From a virus (Duplodnaviria > Caudoviricetes), in the IMG/VR virus record IMGVR_UViG_3300011116_000260, positions 13 to 64,012 of that record: DNA of 64,000 bases; one strand, written 5' to 3'. Positions 40,394 through 50,112 of this stretch are shown here, piece after piece. The notes beneath the pieces are model-generated. The model was not told the origin of the DNA. It was given only the letters and a program-made list of their open reading frames with translations, and ran no database searches. Positions within the stretch are counted from its first letter, which is position 1, and the number at the start of each line of letters is the position of its first letter. Made by a program: the position numbers and the translations under genes.

Positions 40394-41433
40394 ACAAACT
40401 CCTTTGGAATTGATTCAGGATCGTTAGAAAAACTAATAAGAGATTCGTCAATCCAGCAAACATTTACAAGATAGCCAACAATATGTTGCTTCATTTCTGC
40501 ATATGAGTTAAATGAAACAATTTCTCTATTGTGCTTAATCTTAAAAATACCGCATTGTTCTAATACATCACCCTTATTAATAATTACTCTTGTTGTTCCA
40601 CTTAGATCAATAGCCTTCATTAAGGCATCTAAATCTAAGAAGTCAACCTTTCTCTTACGGCCAGTCGTTGTGCCGTATTCCTTACCAGTAGCCCCAATTA
40701 TTCCTCTCTCTGGGCATTCCAATAATGAGTTGGGGAATCGTGGATCTTCACCACTACGGGTATCATATGCTTTAGCAACTCCAATGACTTCACCAATTTC
40801 TCTGTGAGAGAATCCTAGAGAGCAAGCAGCATATGGAAGAGTTTCTGAACTTGTAGTATATGGTGGAGTACCTTGATTTATATCTAACCACATACCCTGA
40901 GCACCTTCACATAAGATGTGTGATCTATCTTTAAAGTGCATATTCCATAGTAGATCTGTTGTGTTAGATGAAGCATAAGAATAGTACTCCTTAGCTAGCA
41001 AACCCTTTCGTAAAGCGCGATCTGCATAGCATGGAGCAATACCACAACCAGTTGTTCCCAACTTAGCTGCTAAGAATTCCTGATCATATCTAATATGTTC
41101 TTGAGTAATGATATTAGCATGAGGATGAATCTTAAGATACTTTCGTGGATTAAATCCATTTTCTTCCATGTATTTAATTTCAGCATTAAGTTTGATTGGA
41201 TCAATAACACAGTTTGGTCCAATAATAGAAGTAACATCATGGAATACACCACTAGGAATCTGGTGGGTCTTATACTTTTTACCATTTAGATAAACAGTAT
41301 GTCCAGCATTTGGACCACCGTTCCATCTACATACATAGTTGTATCTCTTCTTACGACTAAGAATACCAGATACAACCTTACCCTTACCTTCATCACCCCA
41401 CGCCAATCCAAATACAATATCAGCTGTTAACAT
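40390..41433 (-). CDS. purA: Adenylosuccinate synthetase (short form)
   Basis: WGDEGKGK, GGPNAGHT, GTTGCGI, EGAQG, PYTTSS, EYGTTTGRKR, NKGD; start at MLTADIV (41433). Confidence 0.92.
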   Translation of the reverse strand: MLTADIVFGLAWGDEGKGKVVSGILSRKKRYNYVCRWNGGPNAGHTVYLNGKKYKTHQIPSGVFHDVTSIIGPNCVIDPIKLNAEIKYMEENGFNPRKYLKIHPHANIITQEHIRYDQEFLAAKLGTTGCGIAPCYADRALRKGLLAKEYYSYASSNTTDLLWNMHFKDRSHILCEGAQGMWLDINQGTPPYTTSSETLPYAACSLGFSHREIGEVIGVAKAYDTRSGEDPRFPNSLLECPERGIIGATGKEYGTTTGRKRKVDFLDLDALMKAIDLSGTTRVIINKGDVLEQCGIFKIKHNREIVSFNSYAEMKQHIVGYLVNVCWIDESLISFSNDPESIPKEFV

Positions 41434-43180
41434 TATTAGTTCCTTCTGCTGGATTATATACAACCTGACCACCATCGTCAATTGCAAAGCCAACTTCTTT
41501 CATTCTACCAGTCTTACGATCATAAAATAGTGCAGTAGCAATACCAGCGCGACCAGTTAGACGATTCTTAAGTACACGAATTAGAGTTGTATTCGCAATA
41601 GTTTCATCTGCATTCTGACGATCACGCTCAAGAGCTACTACAGTATTTGGTACGGATGACAATGCACCTGAACCACGAAGATCCTGTAGAGTAATACGAT
41701 CACCTTCTTCATAAGCTTTGTCGGTCTTCTTAAGTTGTGATACAATATCAACATGAACACCAGTACGAACAGCAAGAGATCGTAGTTCCTTCATAAGTGT
41801 ATCAATAATAATACGCTCTGAGTTACCACCATCAGTATCTTTATCGTGCATACCCATAAGACCTGCGGCGGCAGCAGTAATATGATCTAGAACAATTACA
41901 TCAACCTTAAGACTAACGGCCATGTATTCCATACGAGCAAGTAGATTCTGCATCGCATTGTTACCAAGATGGTCATAGATAAAGAAGTTAGTACCACTAA
42001 GCTTTTTCTTAGCACTAGCATATTCTTCATCAGACAGATCATCAACATAGTCCATATTGATTGGTGACTTGCCAAGCTTAACACGAAGATCATTCATCAT
42101 ACGACAAGCACGAATAGCACGAACAGGCTTGTTAAGCAACAAGCTAATCATGTCATCCATAGTTTCCTGTGGGGATTCTTCAAGCATGATTGCACCAACT
42201 GATCGACCTTCTTCAAGATGGTGAATGATAAGCTCACGAAGAATAGTAGACTTACCACTACCAGTTCCACTAGCCCATAAAGTAATTTCACCACTACGCT
42301 GGCCAATAAGATACTCACTAAGTGAATCGAAGGGAAACGGGTATACTCTAACATTTGCAATATCCTCTCCGTCATTTACGATTGACGAAATATGTAAAAT
42401 CTCATCTGGAGAATACTGCTGTGCTTCCCAGATAGCAGAAACAACAGCCTTGCCATTGGCATTCATTAAACATTCATTAGCATCCTTGTAAGGTAGCTTG
42501 GCAATCTTACACTTACCGGGTGGCAGTAACTCCGCAACTTGCTTGGTAGCAGCACGACCGGGTTCATCATTATCAAAGCAAAGAACAATCTCATTGTAAC
42601 TACAAACAAACTCATAGTTATCCTTGATTGCCTTGACAGCAGACTGTGCTCCATTAGGAATGGAAACAACTGGCCAAGTACCACCAAGAAGCTGATTGAC
42701 AGTCATACAATCAATCTCACCCTCAGTAATAACAAGACGCTTGCCGCTATTCTTCCAAAGATGCTGGCCGAATAACTCTACGCTTCGGCTATTACCTTTC
42801 CAGAAGAATTGCTTGTTTGGACCACGAAGATGTTGAGCAACAAGATTACCAGACTTATAGTAATTTGAAATCTCAACTTCCTTACCATTGACCTTGGCAC
42901 ACTCGTAACCATAAAGCCTACAAGTCTTATCGTCAATATTACGATGAGAAAGGCCAGTTACAGTACCCTTGGTTGGTTTAAACTCAGTACTAGTAAATGT
43001 TGTATCTGTTTCCATAGTTCTAGTTACTCCATCCTTTCCTTCATAATGTTGACAAGCAAAGCAATACCAATGATCTGTATACTCTGCAAAATTATTACCT
43101 TTGTTATCAAGCCCAGAAGCAGCACACTTTGGACATTGAGTACGCTTACCAGTAAATGTACTATTAGTCTTCAAGATCAT
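41420..43180 (-). CDS. Primase-helicase (T7 gp4-like)
   Basis: CPKC...CFAC Zn ribbon, TEGEIDC, FDNDEPG TOPRIM, GTGSGKST, LDHIT, VSQL, DLRGSG, LKNR. Confidence 0.97.
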   Translation of the reverse strand: MILKTNSTFTGKRTQCPKCAASGLDNKGNNFAEYTDHWYCFACQHYEGKDGVTRTMETDTTFTSTEFKPTKGTVTGLSHRNIDDKTCRLYGYECAKVNGKEVEISNYYKSGNLVAQHLRGPNKQFFWKGNSRSVELFGQHLWKNSGKRLVITEGEIDCMTVNQLLGGTWPVVSIPNGAQSAVKAIKDNYEFVCSYNEIVLCFDNDEPGRAATKQVAELLPPGKCKIAKLPYKDANECLMNANGKAVVSAIWEAQQYSPDEILHISSIVNDGEDIANVRVYPFPFDSLSEYLIGQRSGEITLWASGTGSGKSTILRELIIHHLEEGRSVGAIMLEESPQETMDDMISLLLNKPVRAIRACRMMNDLRVKLGKSPINMDYVDDLSDEEYASAKKKLSGTNFFIYDHLGNNAMQNLLARMEYMAVSLKVDVIVLDHITAAAAGLMGMHDKDTDGGNSERIIIDTLMKELRSLAVRTGVHVDIVSQLKKTDKAYEEGDRITLQDLRGSGALSSVPNTVVALERDRQNADETIANTTLIRVLKNRLTGRAGIATALFYDRKTGRMKEVGFAIDDGGQVVYNPAEGTNNVNS

Positions 43181-43520
43181 TTAACCCCATTTCATAGTCT
43201 AACTTTACAATACAATCTAAAGCATATTCTTCTTTAGATTTAGTAAGAATTTCTATAGTTAGAAATCCTTCCTGAGATGACTCAACAATCTCAAGCGACG
43301 CAATTCTTTCCTTTTCCGTTCCTCCATAGAACGACATTGAATCGCCCGCGCATACAAAAGGGCCACCAGCGTAATCAATAAAAGGATATCCATCATTAGT
43401 AGTACCTCCTCTATAATAAACAGAAGGTCCATCAATAATATACTTATTTTTAGCAACCTTCGTAACTACTCTAGGCTGTCCATACCTTGAATAAAATTCA
43501 AATGTTTCATTAATTTTCAT
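43164..43520 (-). CDS. Hypothetical protein
   Basis: Overlaps both neighbours; no motif. Confidence 0.65.
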   Translation of the reverse strand: MKINETFEFYSRYGQPRVVTKVAKNKYIIDGPSVYYRGGTTNDGYPFIDYAGGPFVCAGDSMSFYGGTEKERIASLEIVESSQEGFLTIEILTKSKEEYALDCIVKLDYEMGLNDLED

Positions 43521-43870
43521 AGTTCAACAAGAACTCCTTCTTCATTAGTATAGTAAATCTTATCAAACATATTAACACACCAAGGCATACAATATTTGCA
43601 TGGTCGTGACATTCCAATATGACCAGTCTTGCTAAATCTAGTATTAATAAGAATTAGTTTATCCATATTACATTGAATTTTTCTTACTGCATCTAACTCA
43701 GAGTGAAGATATGGTAACATATAACCAAGTTCAACAGTCTTAGGATGTGTCTTCCAGTTATTAGTACCAACAGCAATAACTTTGTTTTTTCTAATTATTA
43801 AAGAAATATGTGCCCGATCTCTTTGAACAGTTTCAGATATCTTACGAGAGAGTTCTATCCAGTGATTCAT
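43517..43870 (-). CDS. Zinc-dependent CMP/dCMP deaminase-superfamily protein
   Basis: HSE...SRPCKYC (HxE...PCxxC) deaminase signature; adjacent to thyX. Confidence 0.8.
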   Translation of the reverse strand: MNHWIELSRKISETVQRDRAHISLIIRKNKVIAVGTNNWKTHPKTVELGYMLPYLHSELDAVRKIQCNMDKLILINTRFSKTGHIGMSRPCKYCMPWCVNMFDKIYYTNEEGVLVEL

Positions 43871-44501
43871 TTATTAATGCGCTCCAGCTTATTGGGAATA
43901 AATTACTACAAATTGAACCAACAGCTTTAGCATATACTCTCACTTCTGCTTGTGCCGTATCATGCGAACGCAGCATAGCCATCCTGAGCCACGCATACAG
44001 AGAACCTGTCCAGATCCACTCTGTGTACATAGCCTGCGGCAGAACGGCCCGTGCTTGCTCAGGACACACGCCACGCTCAAGTAGCCTATCGTACATGATC
44101 AAGGCGGCTGAACACATATTCTTATAATCAAGCATTATTGATTGATCGTTAAGAACTTCATCAGATGATCCTTGCTTTTTGTTTTCAGCACGCATTCTAA
44201 ATGTATCTGGAATCCAGCAGTCTGGAGTAAAGTCAACATATCTACGACTGATTTCATTCCAAGCAAAACCAACCTGATGCTTTGCTAATTGTCGTGCGAT
44301 AAAAACAGGAGCCTTAAATCTCATGGAAATACTAGTATGAGAGAAAGGACTCCAGTGCTTATGCTTTGCCAAGAACTTAATAAGTTTATCGTTTTGTTCT
44401 GAAGAATAGTTTTCAGCAAGTTTATCAAAAGAAACTCTAGCTGCATTAACAACAGAAGCATCAGTACCCATATGATCAATATATTCTACTAATTTATCCA
44501 T
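43842..44501 (-). CDS. thyX: FAD-dependent thymidylate synthase
   Basis: VNAARVS, HWSPF, ARQLAKH...NEISRRY, EQARAVLP, AQAEVR. Confidence 0.95.
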   Translation of the reverse strand: MDKLVEYIDHMGTDASVVNAARVSFDKLAENYSSEQNDKLIKFLAKHKHWSPFSHTSISMRFKAPVFIARQLAKHQVGFAWNEISRRYVDFTPDCWIPDTFRMRAENKKQGSSDEVLNDQSIMLDYKNMCSAALIMYDRLLERGVCPEQARAVLPQAMYTEWIWTGSLYAWLRMAMLRSHDTAQAEVRVYAKAVGSICSNLFPISWSALINESLDRTLS

Positions 44502-44706
44502 TTTGTTTTTCCTCAATATCAAGTGTATCATTACAGTGAATAGTAAATTGATTACTATTCATAAACTTTAATTCACCAGACGAACATAATACAATAGCAA
44601 ATAAATCGTTTTCATATGGGCCACAATCTCTAACATAAAGAATATAGCCTTCTCCTAATGGAGTATGAACAGACACAAGTTGTTCAAATTCATGTATATA
44701 TTTCAT
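44494..44706 (-). CDS. Hypothetical protein
   Basis: Start reassigned to MKYIHEF (44706) after AAGGA. Confidence 0.6.
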   Translation of the reverse strand: MKYIHEFEQLVSVHTPLGEGYILYVRDCGPYENDLFAIVLCSSGELKFMNSNQFTIHCNDTLDIEEKQNG

Positions 44707-44718
44707 ATAAATCCTTAA

Positions 44719-44801
44719 ATCGTTGGGGTGGATTTGCACCACCATCTTTATACACGCTTGGGGTAAATGTATAACATTCTACTAACTTAAACTACCAAAG
44801 A
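44719..44801 (-). ncRNA. tRNA-like element with enlarged anticodon arm
   Basis: Acceptor TCTTTGG/CCAACGA, T-arm GGTGG-TGCAAAT-CCACC, anticodon-position stem TTATACA/TGTATAA with a 13-nt loop. Confidence 0.45.
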
Positions 44802-44804
44802 CAC

Positions 44805-45182
44805 TTACTTGGGTTTATTAACTCCAAGTATAAAGTAACCATTAGAGCTTTTGTCAGCCCATTCTTTGGTTACATACATGGAAACGATCTGCGAATCGTC
44901 TTCCCATAATTTTCCATTCATAACATCAAACACAGCCTTAGTGTAATTATCCAAGTCTGCTCTTGGATGACTACGCTCTGTTTTCTTTGGCCTCTTTATA
45001 TAGAGTTCTAGAGTAATAGCTAATGGCCCAGAAAGCAATTTTCTTTCTGTTCCAATTACTTCATATACTTTTGAAGCAGCTTGTTCTCTAAAATCTTTAT
45101 AAGGACCAGAGTAGTAAGCTCCCCACTTACCTACTCTTGGCCTAGATGCAGCAACTGGTGATATCTCAAACTTCCATTCCAT
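44805..45182 (-). CDS. rusA: RusA-like Holliday junction resolvase
   Basis: PVAASRPR, DLDNYTKAVFDVMNG, WEDDSQIV. Confidence 0.9.
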   Translation of the reverse strand: MEWKFEISPVAASRPRVGKWGAYYSGPYKDFREQAASKVYEVIGTERKLLSGPLAITLELYIKRPKKTERSHPRADLDNYTKAVFDVMNGKLWEDDSQIVSMYVTKEWADKSSNGYFILGVNKPK

Positions 45183-45712
45183 TAAAACGGAATGTCATCG
45201 TCTGTAACTTCTTCTGTCTCTGTAGTTGATGCAGACTTAGTGTTGGTATTAGCACCAACAAAACCACCTTCTACTGGCGCAAAACCACTACCAGAACCAC
45301 CACCAAGGTTATTCTTTTCAATGATTTGAACACCGTTCAGATATAGACTGATAGAGTTATCACGACTAAGAACCATAGGCTGAAGCTTAAGGCGAACCTT
45401 ATCGCCACCAAAAGCAACAACTTCTGTTTCCTTAGCAAGAGCATCTACACAAGGAAACTTAATCTTGTCGATGTGATTCTTGCTCTTAAACTTTACATAC
45501 TTAACGCCATCCTTGTCAACCATACCATTAATCTTCTTTGCTCCACTCTTCTTAAGAATGTCTGCAAGAGTCTTCTGCAAATCCTTATCAGCAATAACCG
45601 TGATATTGTGATTAGCAGAGTTTTCTCCGAAGTTAGTATCCGGCTTAAGTAGATTACTCCACTTAACTTCAAGAGTATCAGTGACTAGCGGTGGCAACTT
45701 CGCGGTCTTCAT
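45182..45712 (-). CDS. ssb: ssDNA-binding protein (T7 gp2.5-like)
   Basis: WSNLLKPDTNF, ISLYLNGVQII, acidic tail ending DDDIPF. Confidence 0.85.
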   Translation of the reverse strand: MKTAKLPPLVTDTLEVKWSNLLKPDTNFGENSANHNITVIADKDLQKTLADILKKSGAKKINGMVDKDGVKYVKFKSKNHIDKIKFPCVDALAKETEVVAFGGDKVRLKLQPMVLSRDNSISLYLNGVQIIEKNNLGGGSGSGFAPVEGGFVGANTNTKSASTTETEEVTDDDIPF

Positions 45713-45887
45713 TTTGAATCTCCTTATTTAGATTTGCATTAACAGTAGTCTGAGCGGCAATTAGACGAGTAACCTGTTCATTAATATTAGTTGTAATACC
45801 AGTTAGAACTGTGCTAATATTTGAAAGATACTCAACTACGCTTACTCCAGTTACAGCAGGACCATTATTTGTATTTTCTGTTTCCAT
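45678..45887 (-). CDS. Hypothetical protein
   Basis: GGAGG RBS upstream. Confidence 0.6.
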   Translation of the reverse strand: METENTNNGPAVTGVSVVEYLSNISTVLTGITTNINEQVTRLIAAQTTVNANLNKEIQNEDREVATASH

Positions 45888-45911
45888 TTTAATTCCTCCT
45901 TTCTGATAGTA

Positions 45912-45930
45912 CCTATCATTAGCCCCAACT
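45912..45930 (-). promoter_or_regulatory. Candidate phage promoter AGTTGGGGCTAATGATAGG
   Basis: Intergenic; 18/19 identical to 52821-52839; upstream of the SSB/replication block. Confidence 0.55.
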
Positions 45931-45931
45931 A

Positions 45932-46240
45932 TCAGGGCCAGTCATTATAGAAAACCTTACCATTTCCGTCCTTATCAAGAACTTCAACGGCATTAGCTTC
46001 ATATGCAGATAATAGACGAAGACCAAGGTCAGTCATATCAAGGTCTTTCCATTTACTTTCAATACACTTTTCAATATTATACTTCATCCAACTTTCATCA
46101 GCAGCAAAACCATCAGTAGTTGGATAAAGATCGTTTTCACTAAATGGCTGAGTTAATGGAAGCCACATTCTAACAGTAAACTTAGGAGTAACAACCTTAA
46201 ACATTTCTTCAGTAAGTACAGCAAATTTCTTTTGTTCCAT
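45932..46240 (-). CDS. Hypothetical protein
   Basis: GAGG RBS upstream; no motif. Confidence 0.65.
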   Translation of the reverse strand: MEQKKFAVLTEEMFKVVTPKFTVRMWLPLTQPFSENDLYPTTDGFAADESWMKYNIEKCIESKWKDLDMTDLGLRLLSAYEANAVEVLDKDGNGKVFYNDWP

Positions 46241-46247
46241 ATTAACC

Positions 46248-46907
46248 TCACATATTCATAAGTTCAAGATAAGGATGACCGTCAATTACAACGCCACAAG
46301 AAATGACTGGCTTCTTAATTAGGTTCTTACCATAAGCCATTTCATATCTATTCTTGTCTACACCGCACCCAACATCCATTCCAAAAATCCTACGATCAGG
46401 GCCACAAAGCCAATTGATGCCAGCAATAGAATGATGATGTCCCATGACAATGGGGAATGCCGACATTTTAGCCGTATTAAAAGCTGGATATTGAGAAGAA
46501 GACCCAGTACCGTGTTGATAGCGAACGCCGTCAATAATATGAGCATACATCCACTCCCATTTAGTTGTGCTATAAACTTCATTATATGTCTTCAGATAAA
46601 AATCTGGAATGCCCATATTTGAAGCAAGTCTATAAACTCGTTCATCGTGATTACCAATACAAACCTTTAGCTCTGGAAATTCCTTTTCCCATTGCTTAAT
46701 ACAAATCATAGCCTTCTTGTATTCAGTAACAGCACCCTCGTTTTCAGGATGCTTTGCATGAAACGAAATACAATGGTGATCAACAACATCACCCATATGA
46801 ACTACTTCATTACACTTGTATTTATCACGAATCTTTTTAACAAATGTAAAGTAATTCTTGTGAACAGCAGGAAAATGCGTATCACCTATAACTAAAACTC
46901 TAGACAT
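46248..46907 (-). CDS. Calcineurin-like metallophosphoesterase
   Basis: IGDTH, GDVVD, GNHD, HG, GHHHS. Confidence 0.9.
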   Translation of the reverse strand: MSRVLVIGDTHFPAVHKNYFTFVKKIRDKYKCNEVVHMGDVVDHHCISFHAKHPENEGAVTEYKKAMICIKQWEKEFPELKVCIGNHDERVYRLASNMGIPDFYLKTYNEVYSTTKWEWMYAHIIDGVRYQHGTGSSSQYPAFNTAKMSAFPIVMGHHHSIAGINWLCGPDRRIFGMDVGCGVDKNRYEMAYGKNLIKKPVISCGVVIDGHPYLELMNM

Positions 46908-46909
46908 TA

Positions 46910-47152
46910 TTAATCCTCTTGTACATAGATGTTAATGTTCATATTAGTTTGTTCAGGAACATTCTTTAACATCATTTCATTGTGACAGTTATCTAAAAAT
47001 ATAGCTGAAAACCTACCAGTTGGAAACCATAGGTTTATTGTTTTTTTGAGTTGGTCAGATAAAGCCAAATCAACCACACGCTTAACAGCCATTTCCATAT
47101 CACCTTCATTTTCCACCTTTATAATATTTTTCTTCTTTTTCTTCTTTGGCAT
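46910..47152 (-). CDS. Hypothetical protein with poly-Lys N-terminus
   Basis: Directly after RNAP, GGAG RBS. Confidence 0.6.
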   Translation of the reverse strand: MPKKKKKKNIIKVENEGDMEMAVKRVVDLALSDQLKKTINLWFPTGRFSAIFLDNCHNEMMLKNVPEQTNMNINIYVQED

Positions 47153-47160
47153 ATTTACTC

Positions 47161-49656
47161 CTAGTGAAAGAAATACTCAGCATCAAGAACAGAAGATATA
47201 TTAAAGTTACTGATATCTGGTGGTGTTGGTAATTCTACACCTAAATTAATTTCAAGTTCATTTTTTAATTTGTGTAGTAATGGTTCTTTATGCATCTCAT
47301 AGAACTCCTCTTTTGTGTATTGTCTCATTAAAGGAACAAGCGGAGCAGAACAGCCATATGAATCATGTACAAAACTAAAATTATAAACGCCAGCATTAAG
47401 CATTTTATTAATTGTCATCCACATATGACTAGCGTCAAGACTGTGGATATAGTTAGGACTTACAGCCAAGTTAACTTGAGTATCATCAATCTGACTAGAA
47501 TCAGTAGATCCAAAATGAAGTTCTTTCATGTTGAACAACTTTGCAATTGATCTTCGTGTTAGAATTTCATAATATTGATGGACAACTTTAAAACCACATG
47601 GAGTAGTCCACTCAAGATTCTTTCCCATATTGCTAGCTATATCAGCAACTTGTTTAAGCCATACTTTACCATGATTAGCATTAGTCAAAGTATTCTTTAA
47701 ACACTTATCAATATAAGTAGCAAGTTCCATAACTGCACCAGCAATACGATCCTTGTTAACCCAATCTAAATGACCTTCTGTTTTACAGTATCTGCGAATA
47801 CCGTAGAAAGTAACACCATAAGGATCTGTCATAACAGCACGCTTACATACTGATCTTGGTATTTTATTATCCCAATGAGCTAAGAATAACTGCGCCCAAT
47901 CTTTAGTATTAGGATCTGCATTATCATCTTTAGAATCATTAGACATTGATGCTGTCATAGAGTCAGCAACAAAACCATATAAATCCTGTGGATCTTTATT
48001 TCCAGTAAGATTTACTTTGTAAGCAAGATCAACATCACGCATAATAGCAGCCCAATGTTGAACGCCATTACAAGAACCGTCAATTTGAATCGGTAATTGA
48101 GTTAGTCCATCAGTTCGACAAAGTTCAAAGATTGCAGCTAAACGCTGAAAACTAGGATTCTTTTTCTTCTTATCACTAACCCAGAACCAACGCATTTCAA
48201 ATGGATCTTTAGCAGTATCTTGAATGTTATCAAGATTCTCATCTACCCACTTAATACGGTCTTCAAATGGTAGTTTATCTTGATCAAACAAATTAGCAAG
48301 ATGAACCTTAAGCCAGTATCTTCCATTTTCAGTTTGCTTAATTGGTTTAGCAAAGTGAATTAAACTACGATCAAAGTCAGAACTTTGTGGAGATAATAGA
48401 TCACATGCAGTATAAGCACGACCTCTAAAGTCACAAGTATAAATATGATAGAAGAAACCCCACTTCATCAAATCATGTGCAACCTTTAATCGTACTAACA
48501 TACGGCCACGCGATCTTTCTTCTTTATACCAAGAAGACCAAGATTCTTCTTTACGCTGACACCACTTAGCTTTTTCTTCTTTTGTTCCAGTCTCAGGATA
48601 AGCCTCACCAAAATCAAAAGCATCAAAGTTATACGCAGGAAGATTAGCTTCTCTAGTATTATTGTGAAACATTGCATTCATTACTGCATAGACTTTATAA
48701 TTAATAGCCCATTCAGTATGCATCAAAGCATTCAAACCACGAATAACCATTTCACTTGGAGTTGAGTTTTTCTGAACAACAGTCTCATCCCAATGAACAT
48801 CTCTAAACTTTTGAACAACTGGTTTGCGAATCCAAGGCATTAAGTTACCACCTGAAGAAGTAACAGTATGTTCAGCAGGAGGAACAATCATAGGACGATA
48901 CAGTAGACTTGCTCTTGAGATCAAGTCCTTATGTCTATTATGAAGTTCCTGAAGAAGTTCATCAGTAAAACTTACAACAACTCTTTCATACCAACGATTA
49001 CCAATACGCTTTCTAAAGTTCTTAATAAGAATAATGTTACTCATTTCAGCAATGCGAAGCATATGATGACCGAAGTCTTCGCGTTGCTTTCTAGTAAATT
49101 GTTTCTTATTAATGCAATTCATTTTACCAGCAAATGCACGACATCTTTTTGTAGTCCAGTTCTTTTGGTAATGAGATTGCTTTAACCAATCATCTCTAAA
49201 ATCTTTCTTAGCTGCTTGATATGCAACAATATCAATAGCCATGTTAGAAATTTGATGAGCCATATGCTGTGCAGATGGCAGAGGTAGGCTGTGAATATCT
49301 CCATCCTTACCATCCATCTTACGATCCCAAGTGTTTGAGTTAAACCATTCAAGCATAAGACAACGAATAGTAATATCAGCCATCTTACCAGCACCAACAG
49401 CAAACAAAGGATAAGCCCAATCAGGAGTCTTACGATTCTTTGAAACCATATCAATCCACTCTTGATAGAATGGAGTTAGATGAATAACACAACTATCTAA
49501 TAGACCCTGCTCAGGATATCCCTCATCAGGAGATCTGTTATACTCTTCCCAATATCTATTATTGGAAAGGTTTAACATTTCTTCTTCAAGCATTGCCTGA
49601 TAATTTTTTCTACTCTCCTGAACTTCTGGCTTTAGTAAATTCCATAACTCAGGCAT
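47161..49656 (-). CDS. Single-subunit T7-like DNA-directed RNA polymerase
   Basis: DFRGRAY, DGSCNGVQH (A), RSVCKRAVMTDPYG (B), PNYIHSLDA, VHDSY (C). Confidence 0.97.
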   Translation of the reverse strand: MPELWNLLKPEVQESRKNYQAMLEEEMLNLSNNRYWEEYNRSPDEGYPEQGLLDSCVIHLTPFYQEWIDMVSKNRKTPDWAYPLFAVGAGKMADITIRCLMLEWFNSNTWDRKMDGKDGDIHSLPLPSAQHMAHQISNMAIDIVAYQAAKKDFRDDWLKQSHYQKNWTTKRCRAFAGKMNCINKKQFTRKQREDFGHHMLRIAEMSNIILIKNFRKRIGNRWYERVVVSFTDELLQELHNRHKDLISRASLLYRPMIVPPAEHTVTSSGGNLMPWIRKPVVQKFRDVHWDETVVQKNSTPSEMVIRGLNALMHTEWAINYKVYAVMNAMFHNNTREANLPAYNFDAFDFGEAYPETGTKEEKAKWCQRKEESWSSWYKEERSRGRMLVRLKVAHDLMKWGFFYHIYTCDFRGRAYTACDLLSPQSSDFDRSLIHFAKPIKQTENGRYWLKVHLANLFDQDKLPFEDRIKWVDENLDNIQDTAKDPFEMRWFWVSDKKKKNPSFQRLAAIFELCRTDGLTQLPIQIDGSCNGVQHWAAIMRDVDLAYKVNLTGNKDPQDLYGFVADSMTASMSNDSKDDNADPNTKDWAQLFLAHWDNKIPRSVCKRAVMTDPYGVTFYGIRRYCKTEGHLDWVNKDRIAGAVMELATYIDKCLKNTLTNANHGKVWLKQVADIASNMGKNLEWTTPCGFKVVHQYYEILTRRSIAKLFNMKELHFGSTDSSQIDDTQVNLAVSPNYIHSLDASHMWMTINKMLNAGVYNFSFVHDSYGCSAPLVPLMRQYTKEEFYEMHKEPLLHKLKNELEINLGVELPTPPDISNFNISSVLDAEYFFH

Positions 49657-49668
49657 AGTAACCTCCTA

Positions 49669-50058
49669 TTAAAGATTTTTAGAGTGTTCTTCAATAAACT
49701 TAGCAATTTCCTTAAAGTTATAAGGCTTAGTAAGAGTACCGTCATTTAGATCAGACAGATTAACTCCATCAACCCAACCCTTATTGCTAGACATTCCAGC
49801 CCATTTTCTAACGGCAGGTGGAAGAAAATCTGTTTCATTACCATACTTGAATACTACAAAGTTTTTATTTCCATCGTATTCTGGACCACGAATTTTAATT
49901 GATTTCTTTTTCTTTTCCTTACGATCATTATTATAAAGATCACAAAGAACTCCAAGACAACAAAAACAATCCTTACCATCACGAAGAGCAAATCTACCCT
50001 GCTTATAGTCACCAGACTTAAGAGCCTTAGTCCAAATCTTTGCAATTTCTTTCTTCAT
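49669..50058 (-). CDS. Conserved phage hypothetical protein
   Basis: WTKALKSGDYKQG...FCCLGVLCD...LNDG...FKEIA. Confidence 0.75.
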   Translation of the reverse strand: MKKEIAKIWTKALKSGDYKQGRFALRDGKDCFCCLGVLCDLYNNDRKEKKKKSIKIRGPEYDGNKNFVVFKYGNETDFLPPAVRKWAGMSSNKGWVDGVNLSDLNDGTLTKPYNFKEIAKFIEEHSKNL

Positions 50059-50112
50059 ATTTCACCTTCATAATGCGTGATAGGTATGCGCATCCCACCA
50101 TTAACTTAATGA

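Noticed and set aside
40390-41433. PurZ / 2-aminoadenine (Z) genome system
   Set aside because: The catalytic motif is canonical GDEGKGK (PurZ has Ser in place of this Asp), the xKxD GTP motif is kept, and no DatZ or MazZ was recognised. The GuaC neighbour fits ordinary PurA chemistry.
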